64,000 nt of DNA from Bdellovibrionales bacterium RIFOXYD12_FULL_39_22. GTDB lineage: Bacteria; Bdellovibrionota; Bacteriovoracia; Bacteriovoracales; Bacteriovoracaceae. A model generated the notes under the pieces. The model was not told the DNA's origin and did no database searches. It worked only from the letters and a program-made list of their open reading frames with translations. Made by a program: the position numbers and the translations under genes. Of the stretch, positions 38,620 through 47,308 are shown piece by piece; the first letter of the stretch is position 1, and the number at the start of each line of letters is the position of its first letter. The stretch is taken from positions 62,001 through 126,000 of the forward strand of contig MEQL01000007.1 of NCBI GenBank assembly GCA_001770205.1. Direction: 5' to 3'.

Positions 38620-39927
38620 ATGACGAAGACAGTTTATGTGGGAATGAGTGCAGATTTGATCCATCCTGGACATTTAAATATTATCAATAACGCAGTTAAG
38701 TATGGCGAGGTTATCGTTGGAGTTTTAACAGATGAGGCAATTGCCAGTTATAAGCGTCTTCCATATATGAATTTTGAGCAACGCAAACTTGTAGTAGAAG
38801 GGTTACGTGGAGTTACTAAAGTTGTTGCGCAAGAGAGTCTAGATTATGTGCCTAATTTGGAAAAAATTAAACCTAACTTTGTTGTTCATGGTGACGATTG
38901 GAAAACAGGAATTCAGAGCGAAACAAGACAGCGAGTTATTGATACGCTGGCCAAGTGGGGGGGGCAGTTGATTGAGATTCCGTATACAGATGGTATTTCG
39001 TCTACGGCCCTAATCAAAGCATTAAAAGAGATTGGAACTACTCCTGAAATTCGTCAAAATAGATTAAGAAGACTGTTATCGGCCAAAAAATCTGTGCGGA
39101 TGATGGAGGCACACAATGGATTGACGGGTTTGATTGTAGAAAATGCCAAGATTACAAAAAATAATACAACCGTAGAGTTTGATGGAATGTGGTTGTCGAG
39201 TTTAACGGAATCTACTGTACGTGGAAGGCCAGATATTGAGGCGGTAGATTTTTCATCAAGGATGACTACCTTAAATGATATTTTAGAGGTTACCACGAAG
39301 CCAATTATTTTTGATGGAGACACTGGTGGAAAAAATGTTGAGAATTTTGTCTTTATGGTCAAGACGATGGAGAGATTGGGGGTATCGGCAGTAATCATAG
39401 AGGATAAGGTTGGATTAAAGCAAAACTCTCTTTTTGGTACAAGTGTTCAGCAAACCCAGGCCACCCCAGAGGAGTTTGCACGAAAAATTCGGGCCGGGAA
39501 AAAGGCGCAAGTTGGCCACGCTTTTATGGTTATTGCCCGAATTGAAAGTTTAATTGCCGGGGCCGGAGTGGCCGATGCAATTTTACGCGCAAAAACATAT
39601 ATTGAAGCAGGTGCCGATGGGATTATGATCCATAGCGCCAAAAAGGATCCTAAGGAAATTTTTGATTTTTGTGATGCATATAAAAAATTGGAAAAGGTTG
39701 TTCCGCTGGTAGTAGTTCCGTCTAGCTTTAATTCAGTATATGAGAAAGATTTGGCCGAACGAGGTGTTAATATCGTTATATATGCTAATCAATTACTTCG
39801 AGGAGCATATCCTGCGATGATGCGTGTAGCTAATACTATATTGGAAAATGAGCGTGCTTTGGAGTGCGATGATACCATAATGCCAATTAAAGAGATCCTA
39901 ACGCTGATTCCTAATGCGGAAGCTTAG
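38620..39927 (+). CDS. pepM: Phosphoenolpyruvate mutase with N-terminal cytidylyltransferase domain
   Basis: HPGH (HxGH), VVHGDDW, ISST in the N-domain; EAHNGL, DGDTG and the diagnostic EDKxxxxxNS ([10 protein letters not shown]); [19 protein letters not shown]. Confidence 0.96.
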   Translation: MTKTVYVGMSADLIHPGHLNIINNAVKYGEVIVGVLTDEAIASYKRLPYMNFEQRKLVVEGLRGVTKVVAQESLDYVPNLEKIKPNFVVHGDDWKTGIQSETRQRVIDTLAKWGGQLIEIPYTDGISSTALIKALKEIGTTPEIRQNRLRRLLSAKKSVRMMEAHNGLTGLIVENAKITKNNTTVEFDGMWLSSLTESTVRGRPDIEAVDFSSRMTTLNDILEVTTKPIIFDGDTGGKNVENFVFMVKTMERLGVSAVIIEDKVGLKQNSLFGTSVQQTQATPEEFARKIRAGKKAQVGHAFMVIARIESLIAGAGVADAILRAKTYIEAGADGIMIHSAKKDPKEIFDFCDAYKKLEKVVPLVVVPSSFNSVYEKDLAERGVNIVIYANQLLRGAYPAMMRVANTILENERALECDDTIMPIKEILTLIPNAEA

Positions 39928-41611
39928 TTTTATCAACCTCTTTCCAGTTAAGAAGAGGAGTTCCCTCTCGCACTGTTTCTATTATTCTTCCGTGCTTTGC
40001 CGAGGCATAGGATATGTTTGGGGCCATTGTTGATAACAGATCTGGTTGTTGTGCCAATTCAGAAAAAAGATATTTGAAAATATTAACATTACTTAATATC
40101 GAGATCTCTCTTATTTGTTGGCCTGCTGGGCGAGGCCATCGAATTGCACAAAAAACACCGAACATATCTTCTGTGATAAGTTGTTCATCAACGCCATGTT
40201 GATTCATTTCCTTTCTCATTTTATCAATAGAGAGGTTTCTGGAAGGAAGGCCTCGATACCTAAATGAACCATGATCTCCCAGCGCAATGATTACGGCGGA
40301 ATTATCCTTGTCAATAATATGAGTAACGAGATCAAGAAGTTCATCTTCTGCATGTCTGTAAATTTTTCTATATTCTTCGATCCAATAATCCAAGTAGATC
40401 CATGGCCGTTCTTTGGTATCAGCGCTATCGGTAATTTTAACGCCTATATCGCGAAGTTTTTTTGCCGAATATTTGACGGAGTGAGCTGCTCCGGCCTTAA
40501 TGAAATAAAAGGTTGGTCTTTCATTGCTTGCATCATCAATGCGTTTTTTAATTTTATTAATGAATTCATCCTTGGCCAGTGAAACGCTAGGTCTGTTTTC
40601 CCAAAAAAAGTAGTAGATTTTTTTTAGTAATTTACTGCGAAACAAAGAGATGGCCGCAGTGGCCTCATTTTTTCCAAAAAAAGTAAAATCAATCTGCTGC
40701 CCGGGATGATCATTTAATAGATCATGACTATTTTGTAATAGATAGTCTACTTGGTAGCCGTTATGCTTAAAGATGGTTAAAGTTGGATTGAATCTATTTC
40801 CTCCAATTATGCTGCGAGCAAATGAATTATCAGAAATACCAGTTTCTCCACGGTTGTAGTGATGATCCATAAGAAAAATGGAAAGGAGACTACTAAGAGT
40901 AGACTCATAATTAGAATATGTATTGTCGTATATCGAAAAGTCTAGCCCGGAAAGTTTATTCACCATCGAGGAGTTATCATAGTTGTAGATTTTTTTTACA
41001 GCATAAGCTGAATGAAATGATTCTAGTAAAATAAAATAAACATTAGGGCGTGTTACAAATTTCAATTTACCATACTGCTTAATTTTTCTTGAGTCTATCT
41101 GAGCACTTTTTTCTTCGCTGCGTAAGGTGCTGGCCCGCCCACCCCATTGAATAATGGCACTGATTAGCATTGATGCCAGAATGATATTTAAGAACATGAA
41201 TCGCGCTTTATAAACTATCATTCCGACAAATAATGGAAGGCCTAGATAAATAAGATTCTTCTCTAAAGTGCTATCGTTGTAAGAAATATTTGCCTTAAAA
41301 AGATAGAGAATCGTTGCAACACCAAGCGCCGCCACCGTGAGATCCATTACTCGTTTTTTTAAAACAGAGGGAAGGTGGGAGGCGGCCAGTATTATATGAG
41401 TCACTAAAATGATTATGGAGTTGCTAACAAGAAATAAAATAATAAGAAAGAAGAGCGTCCGTAGAATTTGTTCTGAAGTAAACATGTGATAGTTGATCTG
41501 CAAGACACCAATAATCGGATAAACGGTGGCCAGTATTATAAACAAATGCGCCTGGCCAAGGGCAGAAAGTATATTTTTGGAGGTAAAAAGCATATTTAAA
41601 TTGTAGGCCAT
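39911..41611 (-). CDS. Membrane-anchored alkaline-phosphatase/sulfatase-fold transferase, close paralog of 22947-24575
   Basis: [47 protein letters not shown] shared with the paralog; 3' end overlaps pepM by 17 nt. Confidence 0.78.
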   Translation of the reverse strand: MAYNLNMLFTSKNILSALGQAHLFIILATVYPIIGVLQINYHMFTSEQILRTLFFLIILFLVSNSIIILVTHIILAASHLPSVLKKRVMDLTVAALGVATILYLFKANISYNDSTLEKNLIYLGLPLFVGMIVYKARFMFLNIILASMLISAIIQWGGRASTLRSEEKSAQIDSRKIKQYGKLKFVTRPNVYFILLESFHSAYAVKKIYNYDNSSMVNKLSGLDFSIYDNTYSNYESTLSSLLSIFLMDHHYNRGETGISDNSFARSIIGGNRFNPTLTIFKHNGYQVDYLLQNSHDLLNDHPGQQIDFTFFGKNEATAAISLFRSKLLKKIYYFFWENRPSVSLAKDEFINKIKKRIDDASNERPTFYFIKAGAAHSVKYSAKKLRDIGVKITDSADTKERPWIYLDYWIEEYRKIYRHAEDELLDLVTHIIDKDNSAVIIALGDHGSFRYRGLPSRNLSIDKMRKEMNQHGVDEQLITEDMFGVFCAIRWPRPAGQQIREISILSNVNIFKYLFSELAQQPDLLSTMAPNISYASAKHGRIIETVREGTPLLNWKEVDKTKLPH

Positions 41612-41644
41612 GAAGAATAAATTTCTATGTTGTCACATAAGAAT

Positions 41645-41836
41645 TTATTTTTTCTCGGAGAATATGCGCTGGAAAGTTTCTTTAATCTTTCCCCAGTAAA
41701 CTTTGCCGGCAACTATAGACCCGACGACAGCTCCAACAACTGCTTGCATAACAATGGACATTGATCCAGGGTCTATATACGCGTTGGCAGTGCCGATAAA
41801 TGGAACAAGAATTATAATTAGAAGTAGTATTCTCAT
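41645..41836 (-). CDS. Small membrane protein with an AYIDPGS motif (63 aa)
   Basis: AGGAG RBS before ATG 41836; signal-like MRILLLIIILVPFIGTANA, then YIDPGS, a TM helix and a basic tail. Confidence 0.7.
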   Translation of the reverse strand: MRILLLIIILVPFIGTANAYIDPGSMSIVMQAVVGAVVGSIVAGKVYWGKIKETFQRIFSEKK

Positions 41837-41925
41837 TGCAATTTCTCCTGAAAAGTTAAGTCGCGACATTAGCACCATATTATTTTGTTGTAAAATTAAA
41901 TTGCACTACTTAGAATCATCTTCCA

Positions 41926-42516
41926 ATGAGCAAAGTCTTATTTGACTATTTTGTAGCAGTTGTTGCCTTGTTTTTTTTACTTCCAATTTTTTTGGTGATC
42001 GCCATTGTCATAAAGTTGACATCGTCTGGGCCAATTTTTTATCGTGGAGAGCGGACGGGCCAACATGGTGTATCGTTTAAAATTTTTAAGTTTCGTACGA
42101 TGGTTGTTAACGCTGAGAAATTAGGTGGGCCAACGACGGGACTAAATGATCCGAGAGTGACAAAAATCGGTCATTTTTTGCGGAAATATAAACTAGATGA
42201 ACTTCCCCAACTTATTAATATAGTTAGAGGAGAAATGAGTTTCGTTGGGCCACGGCCTGAAGTAAAACGCTATACGGATCTGTTTTTAGGGGATGAGAAG
42301 TTGATTTTGACTGTTAGGCCAGGAATCACCGATTATAGTTCAATCAAATTTGCGGATCTTGATTACCAAGTAGGTGCAGAAAATATAGATCAAAACTTTG
42401 AGGCCAAAATTTTACCAGAAAAAAATAAGTTGCGTATAAAATATGTCAAAGAACAATCTTTCTGGCTTGATTTAAAACTGATTTTTTTGACGATCTTGCG
42501 AGTTATAAAAAAATGA
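41926..42516 (+). CDS. Priming phosphoglycosyltransferase (Bac_transf, PglC/WbaP-like)
   Basis: GPIFY..ER.G, KFRTM, DPRVT, LDELPQL.N, MSFVGPRP, RPGIT. Confidence 0.95.
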   Translation: MSKVLFDYFVAVVALFFLLPIFLVIAIVIKLTSSGPIFYRGERTGQHGVSFKIFKFRTMVVNAEKLGGPTTGLNDPRVTKIGHFLRKYKLDELPQLINIVRGEMSFVGPRPEVKRYTDLFLGDEKLILTVRPGITDYSSIKFADLDYQVGAENIDQNFEAKILPEKNKLRIKYVKEQSFWLDLKLIFLTILRVIKK

Positions 42517-43427
42517 GATATTTGTCGCTTGATAATCACAAATTTTGTCCTTCTTGTTTGGGATTAGGCTGTCTGGCATTTGGTGGGTATGGGGTCGGTT
42601 TTGTTGATGATCAAAAATTAGAACAGACTTTTTTTAAAGCAATCGACAGTGGGATAAATTTTTTTGATACCGCAGATATATACGGCCTTGGTCGAGCGGA
42701 ACTATTTTTAGGAAAGCTTATTTCTAAAACGGCCGGGTTGCGCTCGAAATTGCTTTTGGCCTCAAAATTTGGTGTTCGTCGTTCTGATATTGGCGAGATT
42801 TTTTATGATAATTCTATTGATTGGATAGAACAGGCGTTGATGGCCAGTCTTGAGCGCCTGCAAACAGATTATCTCGATCTATATCAATTGCATTACCCTG
42901 ATAACAAAACTCCCATTGAAGAGGTTATGAATTTTTTGGATAAAAAACGGCAAGAGGGAGTGATTAGGTATTTTGGTGTTTCAAATGTCAGTGATAACGG
43001 AGTTCTTTCGGAACTTGCCAAAAAATATCCATATTTTATTACTGCGCAAATGGAAGGTAGTCTGATTCATAATCCAAATACTGCCAATTTTCCAGAACAG
43101 ATTGCGCCAATTTTTTATGGGGTATTAGCGCAAGGCCTACTGTCTGGGAAGTATGACAAAGATAGTAAGTTTGCAGAAAACGACGCCAGAAGTCGGCCCA
43201 AATATGTTAATTTTCACGGAGAAAAATTGGCGCAAAATTTAGAAGTAGTTGAGCGACTTAAAGTATTTGCAAAGAAATATGGGATGACTCCAACTCAAAT
43301 GGCATTTCGTTGGGTTCTAGATCATTATCCAAGGGCCGTGGCCTTGATTGGAGCAAAGGATCAAGAACAACTTATCGAGGCCCTTGAGAGTTGTAGCTGC
43401 GTCTCTCAAATAGATTGGACTATATGA
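42513..43427 (+). CDS. Aldo/keto reductase
   Basis: GINFFDTADIYG, ASKFG, SLERLQTDYLDLYQLHYPD, GVSN, LAQGLLSGK; ATGA-coupled on both sides. Confidence 0.92.
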   Translation: MRYLSLDNHKFCPSCLGLGCLAFGGYGVGFVDDQKLEQTFFKAIDSGINFFDTADIYGLGRAELFLGKLISKTAGLRSKLLLASKFGVRRSDIGEIFYDNSIDWIEQALMASLERLQTDYLDLYQLHYPDNKTPIEEVMNFLDKKRQEGVIRYFGVSNVSDNGVLSELAKKYPYFITAQMEGSLIHNPNTANFPEQIAPIFYGVLAQGLLSGKYDKDSKFAENDARSRPKYVNFHGEKLAQNLEVVERLKVFAKKYGMTPTQMAFRWVLDHYPRAVALIGAKDQEQLIEALESCSCVSQIDWTI

Positions 43428-44692
43428 GAATATGGCTAATTAAGGCCGGAGAGCCATTTCCTCTTTCATCATCAGCTCGTTTATTCCGAACTGGTATGAT
43501 GGCCAACATTTTAATTGAGCGAGGCCATCATGTCGTTTGGTGGACTACGGCCTATGATCACTTTGAGAAAAAATACATTGCAGACAAATTTACGATTCAT
43601 CGGTTACAAAATAATTATGAGCTGGCCATTCTCTATCCTACGACGCCATATAGAAAAAACATTTCATTAGCGAGAATAAAAAATCATCAAGAATTAGCGC
43701 AGACATTTGTCAGAGAGATTAATTCGTTTCCCCTTCCAGATATTATTGTGTGCTCTTATCCCATTATTGAGTTGGCCGAGGAGGCAATTAGGTTTGGTCA
43801 GCGGCATAACATCCCGGTGGTGGTGGATATTAGAGATTTATGGCCAGATGTTTTTTTAGAGGTCTTGCCGCGTTACCTTAATTTTTTAGGACGGCCGTTT
43901 TTATATTTTTTAAACCAGAAGGCACAATATGTATTTGATAACGCCGAAACGATTATTGGTTTAACAGATGAATTTTTACAATGGGCCTATAAAAAATCTA
44001 ATCGAAAGCAATTAAAGAAACATATTAACGATTTTGTTGTTCCTATGGGATATTCAGATGTCATTCCGGATGCAGGGGACGTGATAAATGCTGACCAGTT
44101 TTGGGAAAAACAAGGAGTGGTGAAAACTAATTTTAATATCTGCTTTTTTGGTGCACTAGGAAAACAATTTGATATGAAGACGGTGATTGAAGCGGCAAAA
44201 AGGATGCAAAATAGAAATGATAGAAATGATAGGATCAAGTTCATTATCTGCGGGGATGGAGAGTCTTTAGCATTATATAAAGAGCAGGCAAGTGATTTAT
44301 CTAATGTGTTATTTACTGGGCGAGTGGACAAAGTAAAAATTTATTCATTAATGAGACGATCAAGTATCGGATTAGCGCCATATAAAAATAGTTTTGACTT
44401 TAGGGCCAGTATTGGCAATAAACCGGCCGAATATTTTTCCGCGGGCCTTCCTATTATTTCCGCAGTCGACGGCGTGTTAGGTAGACATCTTCGTCAATAT
44501 AATTGTGGCCTGATTTATTCTTCCGGAGATCCTAGTGATTTAGTAGATAAAATTATGGAGCTATATAACAATCGTTCGAAGTGTGAGAAGATGAGTTCCA
44601 ATGCGCAGGCCTTGTATGCAGAGAAGTTTATTGCTAAAAAAGTTTATACAGAATTTGCAAAAAAACTGGAGGCCATCTCCAATAGGTATTGA
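43424..44692 (+). CDS. GT4 glycosyltransferase
   Basis: ERGHHV, PDIIVCS, VVDIRDLWPD, ICGDG, NKPAEYFSAGLPII. Confidence 0.88.
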   Translation: MRIWLIKAGEPFPLSSSARLFRTGMMANILIERGHHVVWWTTAYDHFEKKYIADKFTIHRLQNNYELAILYPTTPYRKNISLARIKNHQELAQTFVREINSFPLPDIIVCSYPIIELAEEAIRFGQRHNIPVVVDIRDLWPDVFLEVLPRYLNFLGRPFLYFLNQKAQYVFDNAETIIGLTDEFLQWAYKKSNRKQLKKHINDFVVPMGYSDVIPDAGDVINADQFWEKQGVVKTNFNICFFGALGKQFDMKTVIEAAKRMQNRNDRNDRIKFIICGDGESLALYKEQASDLSNVLFTGRVDKVKIYSLMRRSSIGLAPYKNSFDFRASIGNKPAEYFSAGLPIISAVDGVLGRHLRQYNCGLIYSSGDPSDLVDKIMELYNNRSKCEKMSSNAQALYAEKFIAKKVYTEFAKKLEAISNRY

Positions 44693-44738
44693 TGGTTATT
44701 CTTACAATTCCTATGTTTTATATGCTGGAGTTATGGAT

Positions 44739-45989
44739 ATGGAAAATCGGATTATTCAATTTATAGGGAAGACAACATACTTGGCATTTTTACTGCTGGC
44801 AGCGCTGCTATTTATTGCCTTTGCCTTAAGTTCGCTTCATCACATTTTTCTTATTCCTCCGGCCTTATATTTTTTATATTTGTCCGCCAAAAAAGGTGAG
44901 TTGCGTCAGCAGTTTTGTCAGTCTAGGGCAGAGTTATTTCTGCTATTATTGGTTATTACCGCCCTGATTTCGATTGTGATCAACATTGATATGATTAAAG
45001 CGCCTCTAAAAAACATATTAAAGCTTAAATATTTTATTATTCCCTTGCTCGCTATTCCTGCCCTTAAATATACCTTCAGGACTTATATTACAGAGCGAAA
45101 AATCAAAATTTTGGCCAATACATTTTTAATTTCCATTACGGTGGCCACGGTAGCTGGGATGATTGGAATGAAGACCGGATTTAATCCGCTTAAGTGGGCA
45201 ACGGTAAAAACCGCTCGCAATGCTGGGATGTATGGCATGGTGATGAGCTACGCTTATGGACTTAGTATGATATTGCCGGCAATGTTGGCGACGATTGTTG
45301 CCTTGAGAAATAAGAATAATCGTTATCTTACTAACTATGTAAGTGAAAAACTTCTATGGGGAGCAACAATTGTTAATTTGCTCGGCCTATATTTTTCTTA
45401 TACGCGGGGGGCAATGTTGGGAATGATTGCTGCTTTACCGTTTGTTTTTTTCTTTGCGCGCAGGAAAATATTTTGGGCCATGATGGCCATGGCCGGAGTT
45501 GTTTTCTCTGTGATAATTGTTATTACATTCAGCGGTACAAACATTAATTACTATCGTTTAAATGCGGCCAAAAGTAATTTTTTGCGAATGAGTATCTATA
45601 AGGTTGTGGTAAAAATGGCCGAAGAAAAACCACTTCTAGGAGTAGGATTTCGCAATGTTGAACGGCAAGTAAAAGAATTTCGTAATAAATATCAAATGCA
45701 AGATTCTAAGTTTGTTGGCCATGCACACAATAACTATCTTGAGTTTCTAGGAGGGACGGGGATTATTGGGTTCACCTTTTTTGCCCTATTTTTGTTTTCC
45801 TGGATGCAGATGCTATTGGTTAGCAATAATATTTGGCCTGCACAAATATTACTTCCGTTTATGATCAGTTTTTTAACTTCGGGACTTTTTCAGAGTACTA
45901 TCATTGATGGTGAAAATACCTATCTTGTAATGGCCTTGTTCATGTTAAGTCTGATGCGGTGCTCAGAAAAGGTACGACGAACCTCATAA
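44739..45989 (+). CDS. O-antigen ligase family (Wzy_C) membrane protein
   Basis: Many TM helices, SYTRGA, R..IY, PLLGVG, HAHNNYLE; GGAG RBS before ATG 44739. Confidence 0.85.
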   Translation: MENRIIQFIGKTTYLAFLLLAALLFIAFALSSLHHIFLIPPALYFLYLSAKKGELRQQFCQSRAELFLLLLVITALISIVINIDMIKAPLKNILKLKYFIIPLLAIPALKYTFRTYITERKIKILANTFLISITVATVAGMIGMKTGFNPLKWATVKTARNAGMYGMVMSYAYGLSMILPAMLATIVALRNKNNRYLTNYVSEKLLWGATIVNLLGLYFSYTRGAMLGMIAALPFVFFFARRKIFWAMMAMAGVVFSVIIVITFSGTNINYYRLNAAKSNFLRMSIYKVVVKMAEEKPLLGVGFRNVERQVKEFRNKYQMQDSKFVGHAHNNYLEFLGGTGIIGFTFFALFLFSWMQMLLVSNNIWPAQILLPFMISFLTSGLFQSTIIDGENTYLVMALFMLSLMRCSEKVRRTS

Positions 45990-46093
45990 TATTTATGTAA
46001 TAATATTTATGGTCAAGTTACATTTTCTGTTGTTACCATATCTGCCACAAATATTTTTTATTATTAACTGCGACAATGACAATGGAGGCAACA

Positions 46094-47254
46094 ATGGCAG
46101 TGTATATTTTATCGGGGGCACGAACCCCTAGTGGTAGTTTTATGGGAGCATTATCTTCAGTTCCCGCTCCTCGCTTAGGAGCAGTGGCCATTAAGGGAGC
46201 TTTGGCCAATGCTCAAATCTCTGGTGATAAAGTTGGCGAAGTATTTATGGGAAATGTTATTCAGACGGGAGAAGGCCAGGCACCGGCACGTCAGGCCGCA
46301 TTGTTTGCGGAGTTGCCTGAATCTGTTCCCTGTACGACAGTTAACAAAGTGTGTGGTTCTGGAATGAAAACCATAATTATGGGAGCGCAATCAATATTGG
46401 CCGGAGATAATAATTTGGTAGTTGCCGGTGGTATGGAAAATATGTCCATGATTCCTCATTTTGTGGGAGGCAGTCGTTCGGGGACTAAATTTGGGCATAT
46501 TGAAATGAAAGATACATTGTTGCATGATGGGTTGTGGGATGTTTATACTAACCGCGCCATGGGAAATTGTGCGGAAGAGTGTGTGACAAAATTTAATTTT
46601 AGTAGGCAAGCACAAGACGCATTTGCCATTGAATCTTTTAAGCGTGCACAACAGGCGATGAAAGAGGGTATTTTTAAAAAGGAAATTGTTCCAGTTACCA
46701 TCAAGGGCAAGGCCGGAGATGTGGTGATTTCCGAAGATGAAGGGCCAATGACGGCCAAGTTTGACAAGATTCCTGCTTTGAAACCGGCCTTTGATAAAAA
46801 TGGCTCGATAACTGCGGCCAACGCCTCCACCATTAATGATGGCGCTTCCGCGGTAGTTTTGGGAGGAGAAGAGTATCGCAGTAAAGCAAAATTTAAAATT
46901 GTTGCTTATGCCGGGCATGCTCAAAATCCTACCTGGTTTACTACGGCGCCGGCGGCAGCAATGAAAAAGTGCTTGGAAAAAGCACATTTGAAATTAAGTG
47001 ATATTGATCTATTTGAAATTAACGAGGCCTTTGCTTGTGTGACGATGGCCGCTATGACAGAGTTAGCACTAGATCATTCTAAAGTTAACATCTATGGTGG
47101 TGGAGTGAGCCTAGGACATCCTATAGGAAATTCTGGAACTCGCATTGTGGTTACGTTAATGAATGCAATGGAGCAGAAAAAATCGAAATATGGTATGGCC
47201 TCGATATGTATAGGTGGTGGTGAGGCCTTGTCTCTCATTCTCGAAAGACTTTAA
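46094..47254 (+). CDS. Acetyl-CoA C-acetyltransferase (thiolase)
   Basis: NKVCGSG, GGMENMS, TAANAS.INDGA, FEINEAF, GHPIG.SG, CIGGG; GGAGG RBS. Confidence 0.96.
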   Translation: MAVYILSGARTPSGSFMGALSSVPAPRLGAVAIKGALANAQISGDKVGEVFMGNVIQTGEGQAPARQAALFAELPESVPCTTVNKVCGSGMKTIIMGAQSILAGDNNLVVAGGMENMSMIPHFVGGSRSGTKFGHIEMKDTLLHDGLWDVYTNRAMGNCAEECVTKFNFSRQAQDAFAIESFKRAQQAMKEGIFKKEIVPVTIKGKAGDVVISEDEGPMTAKFDKIPALKPAFDKNGSITAANASTINDGASAVVLGGEEYRSKAKFKIVAYAGHAQNPTWFTTAPAAAMKKCLEKAHLKLSDIDLFEINEAFACVTMAAMTELALDHSKVNIYGGGVSLGHPIGNSGTRIVVTLMNAMEQKKSKYGMASICIGGGEALSLILERL

Positions 47255-47308
47255 GGTTCTATCAGAGGTACGTTATACCTTTTCTAAGCGCTGCGTTTAA
47301 CACAGTGC

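Noticed and set aside
38620..39927. Isocitrate lyase / methylisocitrate lyase
   Set aside because: Has the PepM-specific EDKxxxxxNS rather than the K(K/R)CGH motif
22947..41611. True formylglycine-dependent sulfatases
   Set aside because: None of the three proteins has (C/S)xPxR, and no maturation enzyme is in the window
3739..46000. ops/JUMPstart antitermination element for the glycan locus
   Set aside because: No GGCGGTAG-type element was seen in the intergenic regions by eye; the locus seems to be several separately promoted units
46391..46987. 198-aa antisense ORF, and the other short nested ORFs in the track
   Set aside because: They lie inside well-supported genes on another frame or strand and show no recognisable motifs
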